Source of the DNA: an uncultured Planctomycetaceae bacterium
GTDB taxonomy: Bacteria; Planctomycetota; Planctomycetia; Planctomycetales; Planctomycetaceae
DNA length: 64,000 bases
Reading direction: 5' to 3'
Assembly (NCBI GenBank): GCA_963815195.1
Contig: CAWFGE010000010.1
Location: forward strand, 96,001 to 160,000
The notes beneath the pieces are model-generated. The model had not been told where the DNA came from. It did no database searches and worked only from the letters and a program-made list of their open reading frames with translations. The position numbers were made by a program, and so were the translations under genes. How positions within the stretch are numbered: the first letter of the stretch is position 1; every line of letters begins with the position of its first letter. This document shows, piece by piece, positions 10,120 to 21,569 of the stretch.

Positions 10120-11067
10120 TCACGCATTCTGCATCGTCGGCACCGCAACATCCGTGAGGATTTGCTCGACCACCGCGGCGGGGGTGATTTTTCGCAGCCG
10201 GCTTTCGGGGCGGAGGATCATCCGGTGCGACAGAATCGGCGGGGCGACGCGCTTGATGTCGTCGGGCGTCGTGAAATCGTGCCCGCGAATCCCCGCCAAG
10301 GCCTGCGAAGCCCGGTAGAGAGCAATCGACGCCCGCGGGCTGCCGCCCAAGAGAATGTCCTCATGGTCGCGGGTCGCGTGCACGATGTCCAAGATGTAAT
10401 CCCGCACTTTCGGATCGACGTGCACCTCGCGAATCGCTTTCTGGCAGGCGATGACTTCCTCGGCAGTGACCACCGGCCGCAGGCGGTCGATGGGATGGGA
10501 GGTCCGCAGACGCTCCAGCATTTCGCCTTCTTCCTTGTGTGTCGGGTAGCCCAGGCTCAGCCGGATCAAGAACCGGTCGAGTTGGGCTTCGGGTAGCGGG
10601 AACGTGCCTTCGTGGTCCACCGGGTTCTGCGTGGCGATCACCATAAACGGCGGCTCGAGGTCGTACGTCTTCCCGTCCACCGTCACGCGCCGCTCGGCCA
10701 TCGCTTCCAAAAGAGCCGCCTGCGTCCGCGGCGTCGTGCGGTTGATTTCATCGGCGAGCAGAATCTGCGTGAACAACGGGCCCGGCCGAAACTCGAACTC
10801 GGCCGTCTTGGGGTTGAACACCGACGCCCCGGTAATGTCCGTCGGCAACAAATCGGGCGTGCATTGGATGCGGTTGAATTCGCAGCCCACGCTCGCGGCG
10901 AGCGCGCGGGCGAGGATGGTTTTCGCGACGCCGGGCACATCTTCCAGGAGGATATGCCCTTCGCAAAAGTAAGCCACCAGCGCCAGCACGATTTCCTGGC
11001 GTTTGCCGATGACGACGTCTTCGATGTTGGAAATGATTTTTTTCGCGGTCGCGGTGACGTTGGTCAT
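10120..11067 (-). CDS. moxR: MoxR family AAA+ ATPase
   Basis: HILLEDVPGVAKT, RIQCTPDLLPTDITG, LADEINR, ATQNPVDHEGTFPLPEAQLDRF. Confidence 0.95.
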   Translation of the reverse strand: MTNVTATAKKIISNIEDVVIGKRQEIVLALVAYFCEGHILLEDVPGVAKTILARALAASVGCEFNRIQCTPDLLPTDITGASVFNPKTAEFEFRPGPLFTQILLADEINRTTPRTQAALLEAMAERRVTVDGKTYDLEPPFMVIATQNPVDHEGTFPLPEAQLDRFLIRLSLGYPTHKEEGEMLERLRTSHPIDRLRPVVTAEEVIACQKAIREVHVDPKVRDYILDIVHATRDHEDILLGGSPRASIALYRASQALAGIRGHDFTTPDDIKRVAPPILSHRMILRPESRLRKITPAAVVEQILTDVAVPTMQNA

Positions 11068-11235
11068 AAGAAGAATATTTCAGAGCCGTGGGACATCATC
11101 AGAACCATCACGATACCATCCCCCCCGCCGGGAGGGAAACCGGCATTGAAATGATTCGCCCGGGGCCAAGTTTTGTCTATGATCTTCGGGCAACCCGGGC
11201 TGCCAAAGTTGATTGCAAAATTCCATTCACACCAC

Positions 11236-11265
11236 TTGCCATAGTGTTCGTTTGCATCATATAAT
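11236..11265 (+). promoter_or_regulatory. sigma70-type promoter upstream of the Uma2 remnant and topB
   Basis: TTGCCA-N18-TATAAT. Confidence 0.5.
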
Positions 11266-11269
11266 ACTG

Positions 11270-11537
11270 AAGTTGAATCTCAAATGGGACGATTTCATGA
11301 TCTATGCAGCGCTCGGCGTGCCGGAGGTTTGGCGGTTCGACGGGGAGCGGTCTTCTGTCATACCACCTCAAACCGACCGGCGAACACGCGGAACCATCCC
11401 CGCAGAGTCTCGCGTTTCCCCAAGTCCCGCTGTCCGGGTTACTGGTTTTCATAGATCGCGCTCCTTCGCTGGATGATGGCAGCTTGCCGCGGGAGTTTCG
11501 GGATTGGCTGCGATCGGCGATTCGCGCGACGGAATAG
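11270..11537 (+). pseudogene. Uma2-family endonuclease C-terminal remnant
   Basis: IYAALGVPEVWRFDG then a frame change to SLAFPQVPL...REFRDWLR; the N-terminal domain is absent. Confidence 0.65.
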
Positions 11538-11568
11538 ATTCGTGTCTTCATCAAACGGAACGGCCGGC

Positions 11569-13954
11569 ATGAAGGTGGTGCTCGCGGAAAAACCCTCCGT
11601 CGCCCGCGACTTGGCGGCCTTCCTGCGGGCTTCGGCCCGGCACGAAGGATACTTCGAGGGCAACGGCTACCAGGTCACCTGGTCTTACGGGCATCTGGTG
11701 GGCCTTAAAGACCCGGACGAATACGACCCGACCTGGAAATCGTGGAAGCTCGAAACGCTGCCCATCGTGCCCGCCGAGTTCGAGTTGAAAACCTTGAACG
11801 AACGCGGCGGCAAGCAGCAATTCGACGTGATTCGCCGGCTGTTCCGGCAGGCGGACGAAATCATCGGCGCCACCGACGCCGGCCGCGAAGGGGAATTGAT
11901 CTTTCGCTACATCCTCGCCATGACCGGCTGCGAGCGGAAGCCGATTTCCCGCGTGTGGCTGAGTTCCCTGACGCCCCAAGCCATCCGCCAGGCCTTCCAA
12001 CAACTCCGCCCGGCGAGCGACTACAACAACCTCTACGCCGCCGCCAAATGCCGCAGCGAAGCCGACTGGATCGTGGGCCTCAACGCGACGCGGAACTACA
12101 CCGTGCGGTTCGGCGGATACGGGCGAGCTGTGGAGTGCCGGCCGCGTGCAGACGCCGGTCTTGGCGCTGTTGGCCCTACGGGATGAGGAAATCCGCACGT
12201 TCCGCTCCGAGCCGTTCTGGGAACTGCTCACAAAATACCGCGAGGTGCTGTTCCGCTTTGCGGGCGATCGGTTTTTCAAACAAGACGACGCTCAGCAGGT
12301 GCTCGAAAAAGTCACCGGCCAACCGCTTTCGATCAAGGAAATTCAAACGAAGGAAGAGCGGCTGTTTCCGCCCCGGCTGTATGATCTCACGGAACTCCAG
12401 CGGGACATGAATCGGCGGTTCGGACTGTCGGCCGCGGAGACGCTCAAAATCGCCCAGGCTCTTTACGAGCACAAGCTCATCACCTATCCCCGCACCGATT
12501 CGCGGTATCTGCCGAGCGATTTGAAACCGGAGATCCCCAACATCCTCCAAAAGCTCCGCGACCAAAAACCGGCCGAGATCGATGCTCTCCATTTGAACGC
12601 GCTCCCGTTCTCCGCGAGCATCATCAACGACAAGAAAGTCACGGACCACCACGCGATTATCCCCACGGGGAACACGTCGGAAAAACTTTCCCGCCGGGAG
12701 CAGCAGGTGTTCGATGCGTTGCTCGTGCGGTTGATTGCGGTGTTTTATCCGGTGTGCTTGAAGGAAGTCACCACGGTCTTCGCCGAGAGTGCCCGGGTGC
12801 CGTTTCGGGCGCGGGGCGTCCGCGTGACGCAGCCGGGTTGGACCGCGCTTTATCCCCGCAAGGAAAAGTCCAAACCGAAGGACAATCCCGATTCCGAAAA
12901 TGAGGAAACCGATTCGGAAGAGCAAACGCTGCCCGATTTCCAGCAGGGCGAATCGGGGCCGCACGAACCATTCGTCCGGGAAGGCCACACCAAGCCGCCG
13001 CCGCACTTCACGGAGAACACGCTCTTGGGGGCGATGGAGACCGCCGGCAAACTGGTGGACGATGAGGAACTCAAAGAGGCCCTCAAAGAGCGCGGCTTGG
13101 GCACGCCGGCGACCAGGGCCTCGATCATCGAAACTTTGCTCAAGCGAGGCTACATCGCCCGGCAGAAAAAGAACCTCCTCGCCACCGACAGCGGGCGGTA
13201 TCTGGTGGCGATCATTCAGGACGACAACCTAAAATCCGCCGAACTCACCGGCGAATGGGAAGCCCGGCTCCGCCGAATCGAAACGGGCGGGCTCGCAGCG
13301 GGCGACTTCATGCGGGACATCGAAACCTTCACCCAAAACATCGTGACGCGGGAATCGCCCGCAATCGATCTGGCCCGCTGGGGCGATTGCCCACGGTGCG
13401 GAAAGCCGATCATCGAAGGCAAACGCGGCTACGGCTGCTCGGGCTGGAAAGACGGCTGCCCGTTCGTCTTGTGGCGGGAGCACCGCGGGATGACGCTGTC
13501 CCCCGATCAAATCCGCACGCTGCTCCAATGCGGGGCGATTCTGGAACCGGTGTCGATCGAGAACATCCCGCTTTTGCTTACTCTGACCAAGACCGGAGCC
13601 ATCGGCGAAATCCCCATGCCCAAAGCCGGCGGGCGTTCGCAAAAATCAAACGGAAAAGGCCGCGCGAACGGCCGAGCCAAGACCGCGGAAAAAGTTCTGG
13701 GCTCCTGCCCGCTGTGCGGGGCGGATGTGATCGAGCAGCCCAAATCGTTCGGCTGCAACGCCTGGCGGGACGGCTGCAAGTTCGCCATCTGGAAATCGAT
13801 CGCCGGCAAACGCATCGGCATCACCACCGCAAAAACCCTCTTAAAAACCGGCGAAACCAAAAAGCTCAAAGGCTTCAAATCGAAAGCCGGCAAACCGTTT
13901 GAAGCCAAATTGAAACTCGAAGCCGGCGAAGTCCGGTTCGTGTTCGAGGATTGA
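11569..13954 (+). CDS. topB: DNA topoisomerase III (type IA) with C-terminal Zn-ribbon repeats; one frameshift near 12118
   Basis: MKVVLAEKPSVARD, ATDAGREGELIF in ORF 11473..12186; GRVQTP, LITYPRTDSRY, GLGTPATRA, CPRCG and CPLCG in the frame of ORF 12146..13954. Confidence 0.92.
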
Positions 13955-13969
13955 GGCGGAGAATCGGCT

Positions 13970-14224
13970 CTACGGCGTTGACAAGGGACGAACACAATCG
14001 GGTTCGACAGAAATCTTGCGGACGTGCCAACCCTCGCTCAATAAATCCGCGATCGCGCTATGGAGCGCATCATCCAGAGAGTCCGCCTCTCGGTCGAAGT
14101 GAATGTAGGTTCTCCCGTCGCCACTGGCGACCGACGCATCCTGCAGCTTGCCATAGAATGCATCCAACACGTCGAGATTATCGATGGACTCTTCGATTGT
14201 TATGGTGAAATTGTACAGTTTCAT
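13970..14224 (-). CDS. Small protein, HicB-like antitoxin-type domain
   Basis: YNFTITI...HFDREADSLDDALHSAIADL resembles HicB-like small proteins; no intact partner toxin seen. Confidence 0.55.
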   Translation of the reverse strand: MKLYNFTITIEESIDNLDVLDAFYGKLQDASVASGDGRTYIHFDREADSLDDALHSAIADLLSEGWHVRKISVEPDCVRPLSTP

Positions 14225-14256
14225 CAGCTCGCCTTAATTCAGCGTTCCAACTTTCG

Positions 14257-14415
14257 GACATAGGGCCGAAGGTCCGGCCCTATGTCAGCCCAGGGCACAG
14301 CCCTGGGAATGGGAACAAACAAAACTCCAAAAGCCCCAAACGGGGCGGTCCTAAACAGTAGGAGCCTCGGTCCGCGGCGAGAGTTCTAATCTCCATAGGC
14401 CGCCTCGTTGAGCTC
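14257..14415. repeat. REP-like composite palindromic element, family C
   Basis: GACATAGGGCCG-N6-CGGCCCTATGTC perfect arms, CCCAGGGC-ACA-GCCCTGGG, AGCCCCAAACGGGGCG; 14263-14296 is 30/34 identical to 34919-34952. Confidence 0.7.
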
Positions 14416-14556
14416 TCGTTTCCTGTCTCATTAGGATTATGACTTTATCCGGCAGGCAGACTTCGTCCAAGTTGGCCATTTGGGGTGGTGCTCGGAATTG
14501 GCGTGTTCGAGGATTGAGCGGGGTCGTCGAACCGGCTCCGCCGAGCCATTCTCCGA

Positions 14557-14584
14557 TTGCCACAAGAGCCGCGGCCGCTACAAT
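14557..14584 (+). promoter_or_regulatory. sigma70-type promoter for mfd (near-leaderless)
   Basis: TTGCCA-N16-TACAAT ending 9 nt before the ATG at 14594. Confidence 0.45.
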
Positions 14585-14593
14585 AGCAGCACG

Positions 14594-17500
14594 ATGCCCA
14601 CGCAACGGCAAGGAATTTGCGCGTTAGGGGATCTGGTGCCCCTGTTTCACCAGAGGGACGACTTCAGCCGCGTGGCGGAGGCTCTTAAAGCCGGAAAGAA
14701 CGCCGCCGTCGATGGAGCCTGGGGCTCTGCCTGCGCGCTGGCGGCTTCCGCACTCATGGCTGCGCGGCCGGCGGGCGGGACGCTGCTTGTCGTCTTGCCC
14801 ACGATTCAAGAGGTGGACGACTTCGCCCTCGACGTGTCGAACTTCGCCGGCGTCGCCCCCGCGATTTTCCCCGCCTGGGAATCGCTGCCGCAGGAGCACA
14901 ATGTCAGCGATGTCGTGTTCGGGGCGCGGCTGCGCGTGCTGCGTTCGTTGGAATCCGCCGACCCGCCGCCGGTCGTGGTGACGAGCATCACCGCCCTTCT
15001 GCAATCCGTCCCGCCGCGACAGGAACGCCTCGCCGGCACCCGCACGCTCGCCGTCGGCCAGGAAATCGATCCCGGAGAACTTTTGGATTGGCTGATCGAG
15101 CGTGGCTTCGACCGCGTGCCCGCTTTGGAAGCCCCCGGCGAGTTCAGCATGCACGGCGGCATCGTCGATCTCTTTCCCCCCGATGCCCTCGATCCCATCC
15201 GCATCGAATTCTTCGGCGACGAGATCGAATCCCTCCGCACCTTCGACATCGAGTCGCAGCGGAAGCTCGATGATCTTCAGCAAGTTACATTGACGTTGCT
15301 CACGCCTCAGAGTTTAGTAGAGGCGAGCGGACCAACCTTCGGTCGGTGCCCGCGTAAGCCCCATGATCGTGTCGATTCTGCAAAATCCAACGGGCAAAAA
15401 ACAACGGACGAATCTTTGCTCGCTTCCCTTCCCGCGGGGAGTTGGGCGGGGTTGGTCGAGTTGGCTCAGTTGCGGGAATCCGGGCAGGCGTACTTGGAGC
15501 GGTTGGGGCATCCGCGGGGATTGTTTTCCGTCGAAGAGGCGCTCGCGGCGTGTGCGGGCTTTCCGACCGTCACGCTTACCGCGCTCGGAGCCGACACCGG
15601 CGAGACAACTTGCCGATTGCAGGTCGAGTCCATCGAACGCTTCACCGGACCTCGGCACGAAGTCTTGCACGAACTCGCCGGCGTCGTCGCGCGGGACGAG
15701 CGGGTGCTTCTGTCCTGCCATAACGAAGCCGAGAAAAACCGCCTCGCCGAACTCTTGAGCGAATCCGACGTCACCATCGGCGAAGAGGTGCAACTTTGCG
15801 TGGGCCGGGTGCATCGCGGATTTCGGCTGGTCGGCGAACGGCTGGTCGTCTTGAGCGACCACGAACTCTTCGGCCGCACGGAACTCCGCCGCACCGCCCG
15901 CCGGCGAAAAAAAAACCTCGAAACCCGCGTGATCGACAGTTTCCTCGAACTGCGGGAGAACGACCTGGTCGTGCATCTGGCCAACGGCATCGGCCGGTAT
16001 CGCGGGATGAAAAAGCTCAAAGCCGACGACCAGATGCGAGGAGCATCTCGCGATCGAATTCCACGGCGGGGTGATGGTCTACGTGCCGGTGTCGCTGATT
16101 CATCTCGTCCAAAAATACGTGGGAGCCGCCAAAGCCTCGCCGCAGTTATCCAAGCTGGGCGGCACGTCTTGGGCCAAGAAAAAGCAGCGGGTCACGCGGT
16201 CGGTGTTGGACATGGCCAGCGACATGATCCGCCTGCAGGCGGCCCGCGAATCGAAGCCCGGCCTCGCCTGCCCGCCCGACTCGCATTGGCAGCACGAGTT
16301 CGACGCCTCCTTCCCCTACACGCCCACCGAAGACCAGGACGAGGCCATCGTCAACGTCAAAAACGACCTCGAGCAACCGCGGCCGATGGACCGCCTGATC
16401 TGCGGCGACGTGGGCTTCGGCAAGACGGAAGTCGCCATGCGGTCGGCGTTCAAAGTCGTCGACGCCGGCCGCCAGGTCGCCGTGCTCGTGCCGACGACCG
16501 TGCTCGCCGAGCAGCATTACCGCACCTTCTGCGAACGCATGGCCGAGTTCCCGATCACCATCGAAAGCCTGTCCCGCTTCAAATCCAAACGCGAGCAGCG
16601 GGACATCCTCGAACGCATGGCCGCGGGCGGCGTCGACATCGTCATCGGCACGCATCGCCTCGTTCAAAAAGACGTCCAGTTCAAAAACCTGGGCCTGTTG
16701 ATCATCGATGAAGAGCAGCGGTTCGGCGTCGAGGCCAAGGAGATGCTCAAGGAGATGCGGCTGGAAGTCGACGTGCTTACGCTCTCGGCCACGCCGATCC
16801 CCCGCACGCTGCACATGTCGATCCTGGGCATCCGCGACATTTCCAACCTGACCACCGCCCCGCAGGAACGGGTGCCGATCGAAACACGGATCACGCAGTT
16901 TGATGAATCCTTGATCAAAAGCGCGATCATCCGCGAACTCAACCGCGGCGGCCAGGTGTATTTCGTCCATAACCGCGTTTATAACATTGAGCACGTCGCC
17001 GACCGCATTCGCAAAATCGTCCCCGAAGCCACGGTCGATATCGTCCACGGCCAGATGCCCGAAGGCCAATTGGAAGATGCGATGTTCCAATTCGTCACGG
17101 GCCAGACCGATGTGCTGGTGGCGACGACGATCATCGAAAGCGGCCTCGACATTCCCAACGCGAACACGATCTTCATCAACCAGGCTGACAAATACGGCCT
17201 CGCGGATCTGCACCAACTCCGCGGCCGCGTGGGCCGGTACAAGCACCGGGCCTATTGCTACCTGGTTCTGGAGGAAGGCCGGGTGCTGACGACGGACGCC
17301 GCCAAACGGCTAAAAGCCATCGAGGAGTTCAGCGAGCTCGGCGCGGGCTTTCGCATCTCGATGCGGGACCTGGAAATCCGCGGCGCCGGGAACATTTTAG
17401 GCACGGAGCAAAGCGGGCATATCGCCTCGGTGGGTTACGAGCTTTACTGCCAGCTTCTGGAGAATTCCGTCCGCACGCTCCGGAAAGAGCCGCTCCGCGA

Positions 17501-17933
17501 GCATCGGCATGTGGAAGTCGATCTGCCGGTGACCGCGTTTTTCCCGGAAAGCTACATCCCCCCGGGCCGGCACAAGATCGAGGCCTACCGCAAACTCTCG
17601 AACGTCAAAAGCTTTGAAGACCTCGCCGAGTTCACCGAGGAACTCCGCGACCGCTTCGGCCCGTTGCCCGAAGAAGTCGACCGCCTCTGCCGGGTGAAAG
17701 AACTCCAGCTTCGCGCCATCGGTTGGAACATCGACCACATCCGCCTCGAAGAAGGCTACGCCGTCTTCCGCTACCGCGACGCAAAGAAGATCCAAAACCT
17801 AAAAACCCAAATCGGCTCCGACCTAAGAATCGTCGATCAAGAATCCGCGTATCTAGTTTTGCCTAAAGATGATTTGGTGGGCGATGCGCTGTTGAATTAT
17901 TTGCTTAAGATACTTGGTGTGCAAGTGAAGTAG
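14594..17933 (+). CDS. mfd: Transcription-repair coupling factor; one frameshift near 16037
   Basis: GEFSMHGGIVDLFP, RIEFFGDEIESLR, DLVVHLANGIGRY; second frame MDRLICGDVGFGKTEVA, IIDEEQRFG, LSATPIPRT, QLRGRVGR, RDLEIRGAGNILG. Confidence 0.95.
15322..15357. repeat. REP-like element family A, copy 2, inside the mfd coding sequence
   Basis: 34/36 identical to 543-578; translated in frame as ASGPTFGRCPRK. Confidence 0.8.
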
Positions 17934-17994
17934 GGTGGGCATTGCCCATCAGCCTTGAACGCGTTTTCAATTGGTGGGCGATGGCCGCCCTTGC
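17930..17994. repeat. GTAG-type REP doublet (REPIN-like) overlapping the mfd stop
   Basis: GTAGGGTGGGCATTGCCCATC at 17930 and a degenerate inverted partner GGTGGGCGATGGCCGCCCTTGC at 17973-17994. Confidence 0.6.
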
Positions 17995-19211
17995 GCCGTG
18001 TGCGCAACGCGTTCGACATGCGAAAATAAGCCCTTCGAGCATCGACAGGTATTCTTGAATGGGAGAACATCGCATGCGGCGAGCTTTGATCACTTTGGGC
18101 CTGATCGTATTCACGGCTTCCATCGCGAGGGCCGAGGAATCCGGGCAGATGCTCGACCAGATATTTCACCACCTGCGCATTGCGGGGCCGCGGGAATGGT
18201 CGGAGTTTCCGGAACAAGCCGAATGCGCCAAGTCTCGATCTGAAATTCTCGGCAAAGCCCAACCCCAGCGAGTGGACGCTGAGGCTCAGACAGCAGGATG
18301 CCAAACAGACCTGGAACGTGGTGCTCAACGGAACAAAACTGGGGCAACTGGTCCGTGATGAAAACGATATGTTGGCGTATTTCGCCGTCCCCAAGGGAAC
18401 GGTCGCGGCGGGCGAAAATCATTTCAAGATCGAACAGCGCGAGAGCACGCCCGATGACATTCGCGTGGGGGAGATTTTCCTCGAACCCCGGCCGATGGCT
18501 GCGGCCCTGAATCAGGGCGTGCTCGCTGTCGAAGTCCGTGATGCGGAGACCGGCGAACTTTTACCGGCGCGGATCACGATCACGGATTCCCGCGGCGCCC
18601 TGCAAACGACGGGGGCGGCGTCGAACGATCATCTCGCCGTGCGTCCGGGAACGGTTTACACGGCCACGGGCGAAGCCAAAATCGGTCTGCCGCCTGCGCC
18701 TACAAAATCTATGCGGGCCGGGGGTTTGAGTATTCGCTGGCCGAGGCGGACGTTTTGCTGAAAGTCGGGGGGGAAGCGAAGCGGCGGTTGACGATTCGCC
18801 GCGAGGTGCCCACGCCGGGCTTTGTGGCCTGCGACACGCACATCCACACGCTCACGCATTCCGGGCATGGGGATGCCAGCGTGCAAGAGCGGATGATTAC
18901 GCTCGCGGCGGAGGGCATCGAGTCGCCCATCGCGACGGACCACAACGTGCAGATCGATCACGAACCCTTTGCCCGCGAAATGCACGTCCGAAAATACTTC
19001 ACCCCCATCATTGGAAACGAAGTCACAACGCCCGTCGGGCACTTCAATATCTTTCCCGTGTCTCCCGCTGCCAAGCCGCCCAAACATCGGTTGGAGGATT
19101 GGACCCCCATTCTCGACGAAATCTACCGCACGCCGGGGGTGAAGGTGGCGATCCTCAACCATGCGCGGGACGTGCACAACGGCGTCCGCCCGTTCGGTCC
19201 GAAGCGGTTTA

Positions 19212-20558
19212 GCATCGTTCGAGAAATTAGTGTCGGATAAATTTGGGAGATTTGGTAGGATTCCGTGATTGTTTTTGCCCTTCTGTATTCTTTTTTTCAT
19301 GAGGCCACGGATGGCACGCGTCAATCTTCCGCGTTTTGATTCGGCGATCGAAACACGTATGCAGAATTTCTTTCAAACACTCAGTGAGAAGGATCAAAAG
19401 CGCGATGCGGCCGTGGAAGCCGAGCGTTTGGGTCATGGAGGAATCGAGTACATTTCCGAAATTCTGGGGTGTTCCACGAGAACGATTAGTCGCGGCATTC
19501 AGGAACTCGATGAACTCCCCAACGATCCCGCGGCAGGCCGAGTGCGGCGGGAAGGGGCCGGTCGAAAAAAAAAGATCACTCCCGAATCCGAAATCGAACA
19601 AAACTTGAACTCTCTGATGCAAACTCGCACGGCGGGCGATCCCGACGATGAAAAGATTGTCTTCACCGACCTCACTCCACGAAAGTTGGAACAGGAGCTT
19701 CATAAACTCGGGACGCCCGCCAGTGATGATGTCATCCGGCAGTGGATGGAGGATCAAGAACTGCGTTTGAGAAAGATTCGCAAAACGATTGCCGGTGGAA
19801 AGTCGCCCGATCGGGATGCTCAGTTCCAAAACATCTCGCGGTGGATTGAGGAATATCTGTCGGCGGGCAATCCCTATTTTTCCGTGGATTCCAAGGCCAA
19901 AGAGTTTCAAGGTCAACTGTTTCGCAAAGGCCGCGTTCGCAGCACCAAAGCCTTTGAAGCCTTCGATCATGATTTTCCCAGTTGGGCCGAGGGCGTGATC
20001 ATTCCGCATGGTATTTATGATCTCGTTCGCAATCGCGGTCATATTAATATCGGACTTTCGCGAGACACCACGCAGTTTGCCTGCGATAGCCTGAAATGGT
20101 ATTGGAATCGGATCGGCAAACACTGTTATCCAAACGCTGATTCGATATTACTCTTGATGGACGGTGGCGGCAGCAACTCCGCTAGCAAGTACATATTCAA
20201 GCACGATTTGCAGGAGGTCGTAAACTCGATTGGCATCCCCATTCGCGTGGCTCATTATCCCAGCTATTGCTCGAAATATAACCCGATTGAACGCCGCTTC
20301 TTTCCGCACGTGACTCGCGCCTGCACCGGTATGCTATTCGACACTCTGAAAACCGCTGTCAACCTGATGCGAAAAGCCGCGACATCCACCGGCCTCAAAA
20401 CGACAGTCCACGTGATCAACCGGCTCTACGAAACAGGTCGCAATGCCACGCAGGCCATGAAAGACGTGATCCGTTCGACCATCAGCTTTGACAAACTACT
20501 GCCAAAATGGAACTACACACTCACCCCGCAAACCGGACAGTAATTCATCGATCAGTGC
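19212..20558 (+). mobile_element. ISAzo13-family insertion sequence (1347 bp)
   Basis: Imperfect terminal IRs (GCATCGTTCGAGAAATTA at 19212 vs reverse complement of 20541-20558, 13/18), TTA direct repeats at 19209-19211 and 20559-20561, single transposase, more AT-rich than the flanks. Confidence 0.92.
19311..20543 (+). CDS. ISAzo13-family (Rhodopirellula-type) DDE transposase
   Basis: GRVRREGAGRKK, TAGDP, PDRDAQF, SVDSKAKE, DHDFPS, DGGGSN, HYPSYCSKYNPIERRFF, PKWNYT. Confidence 0.93.
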   Translation: MARVNLPRFDSAIETRMQNFFQTLSEKDQKRDAAVEAERLGHGGIEYISEILGCSTRTISRGIQELDELPNDPAAGRVRREGAGRKKKITPESEIEQNLNSLMQTRTAGDPDDEKIVFTDLTPRKLEQELHKLGTPASDDVIRQWMEDQELRLRKIRKTIAGGKSPDRDAQFQNISRWIEEYLSAGNPYFSVDSKAKEFQGQLFRKGRVRSTKAFEAFDHDFPSWAEGVIIPHGIYDLVRNRGHINIGLSRDTTQFACDSLKWYWNRIGKHCYPNADSILLLMDGGGSNSASKYIFKHDLQEVVNSIGIPIRVAHYPSYCSKYNPIERRFFPHVTRACTGMLFDTLKTAVNLMRKAATSTGLKTTVHVINRLYETGRNATQAMKDVIRSTISFDKLLPKWNYTLTPQTGQ

Positions 20559-21569
20559 TTAACGACGTCGTCGGCGAAAACCTGGACGGCTGGCCGATGC
20601 GGTTCAATGCGATGGAGGTTGTCAATTCCGGGGCCACGCAGACCGATCCGCTGCAATTACTTTCCGACTGGATGACACTCCTTAACCGCGGCTACCAGAT
20701 CACGCCCATCGGCAGCAGCGATTCCCATGACGTGGCGAGGCATTTCGTCGGGCAGGGGCGTACCTATATCCGTGCGAATGACGCGGACGTGAGCCGGATC
20801 AATGCGGATGAGGCTGTGAACAATTTGATCCAGGGCCGGGTGATGATGAGTTACGGTCTCCTGGCCGAGATCGAAGTCGATGGGAAATTTGCCTCCGGCG
20901 AGTTGGCTCCCGTCCCGAATGATGAGCTGAACGTAAGCGTGCGGGTGTTGGGTCCGTCGTGGGTCCAAGCGAGTCGGGTGCAGCTTTTCGCGAACGGGGA
21001 GCCGATTCGCGATGGGAAGATCACTCCCAATTCGAGCCGCGATTTGCCCGCGGGCGTGCTTTGGCAGGGCGGTTGGACGTTGCCGAAGTTCAAGCACGAT
21101 GTGCATCTCGTCGCCATCGCGACGGGGCCGGGGATTGACAAGCCCTACTGGAAAACCGCCAAGCCCTATCAGCCCCGCTCGCCGGATTGGGACGCCAAGG
21201 TGATCGGATGCAGCGGGGCTGTCTGGCTCGATGCCGACGGCGACGGCCGCAAAATGTCCGCCTACGATTACGCCAAGGACGCCACCGCTCAATCGCAAGG
21301 AGACTTGAAGAATCTGCTGAACCTGCTCGCAGGATTCGATCAAGCCGTCGCTGCCCAGGCTGCGAACCTTTATCAATCCTCCGGCCGTTCGCTGCTGAAT
21401 CCCGACGCGCAAGAGTCAGTCAGCCAGGCGGATGACGCGGTGAAGCGAGGCTTTCAGAAGTACATCGCCGCCTGGCGGGAAAACCAGATCGCCCGCAGTT
21501 CGCTTCGCGCGGAGTGACGGCAGGGGCGGAGGCGGTTCTTTGTGTGGCTCTGCTTGCCCGACGTCAACA

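Larger units (their letters stand above)
18074..21517 (+). pseudogene. CehA/McbA-family (PHP-like) secreted metallohydrolase interrupted by an IS; extra frameshifts near 18224 and 18695
   Basis: Signal peptide; CDTHIHTLTHSGHGD, ATDHN, GNEVT, ILNHARD before the IS; AMEVVNSG, GSSDSHD after it; removing the IS and one TTA restores cgg-ttt-aac-gac (R-F-N-D) in frame. Confidence 0.88.

Noticed and set aside
12100..12150. Programmed frameshifting in topB or mfd
   Set aside because: No slippery heptamer at the junctions, and similar breaks occur in many unrelated genes.
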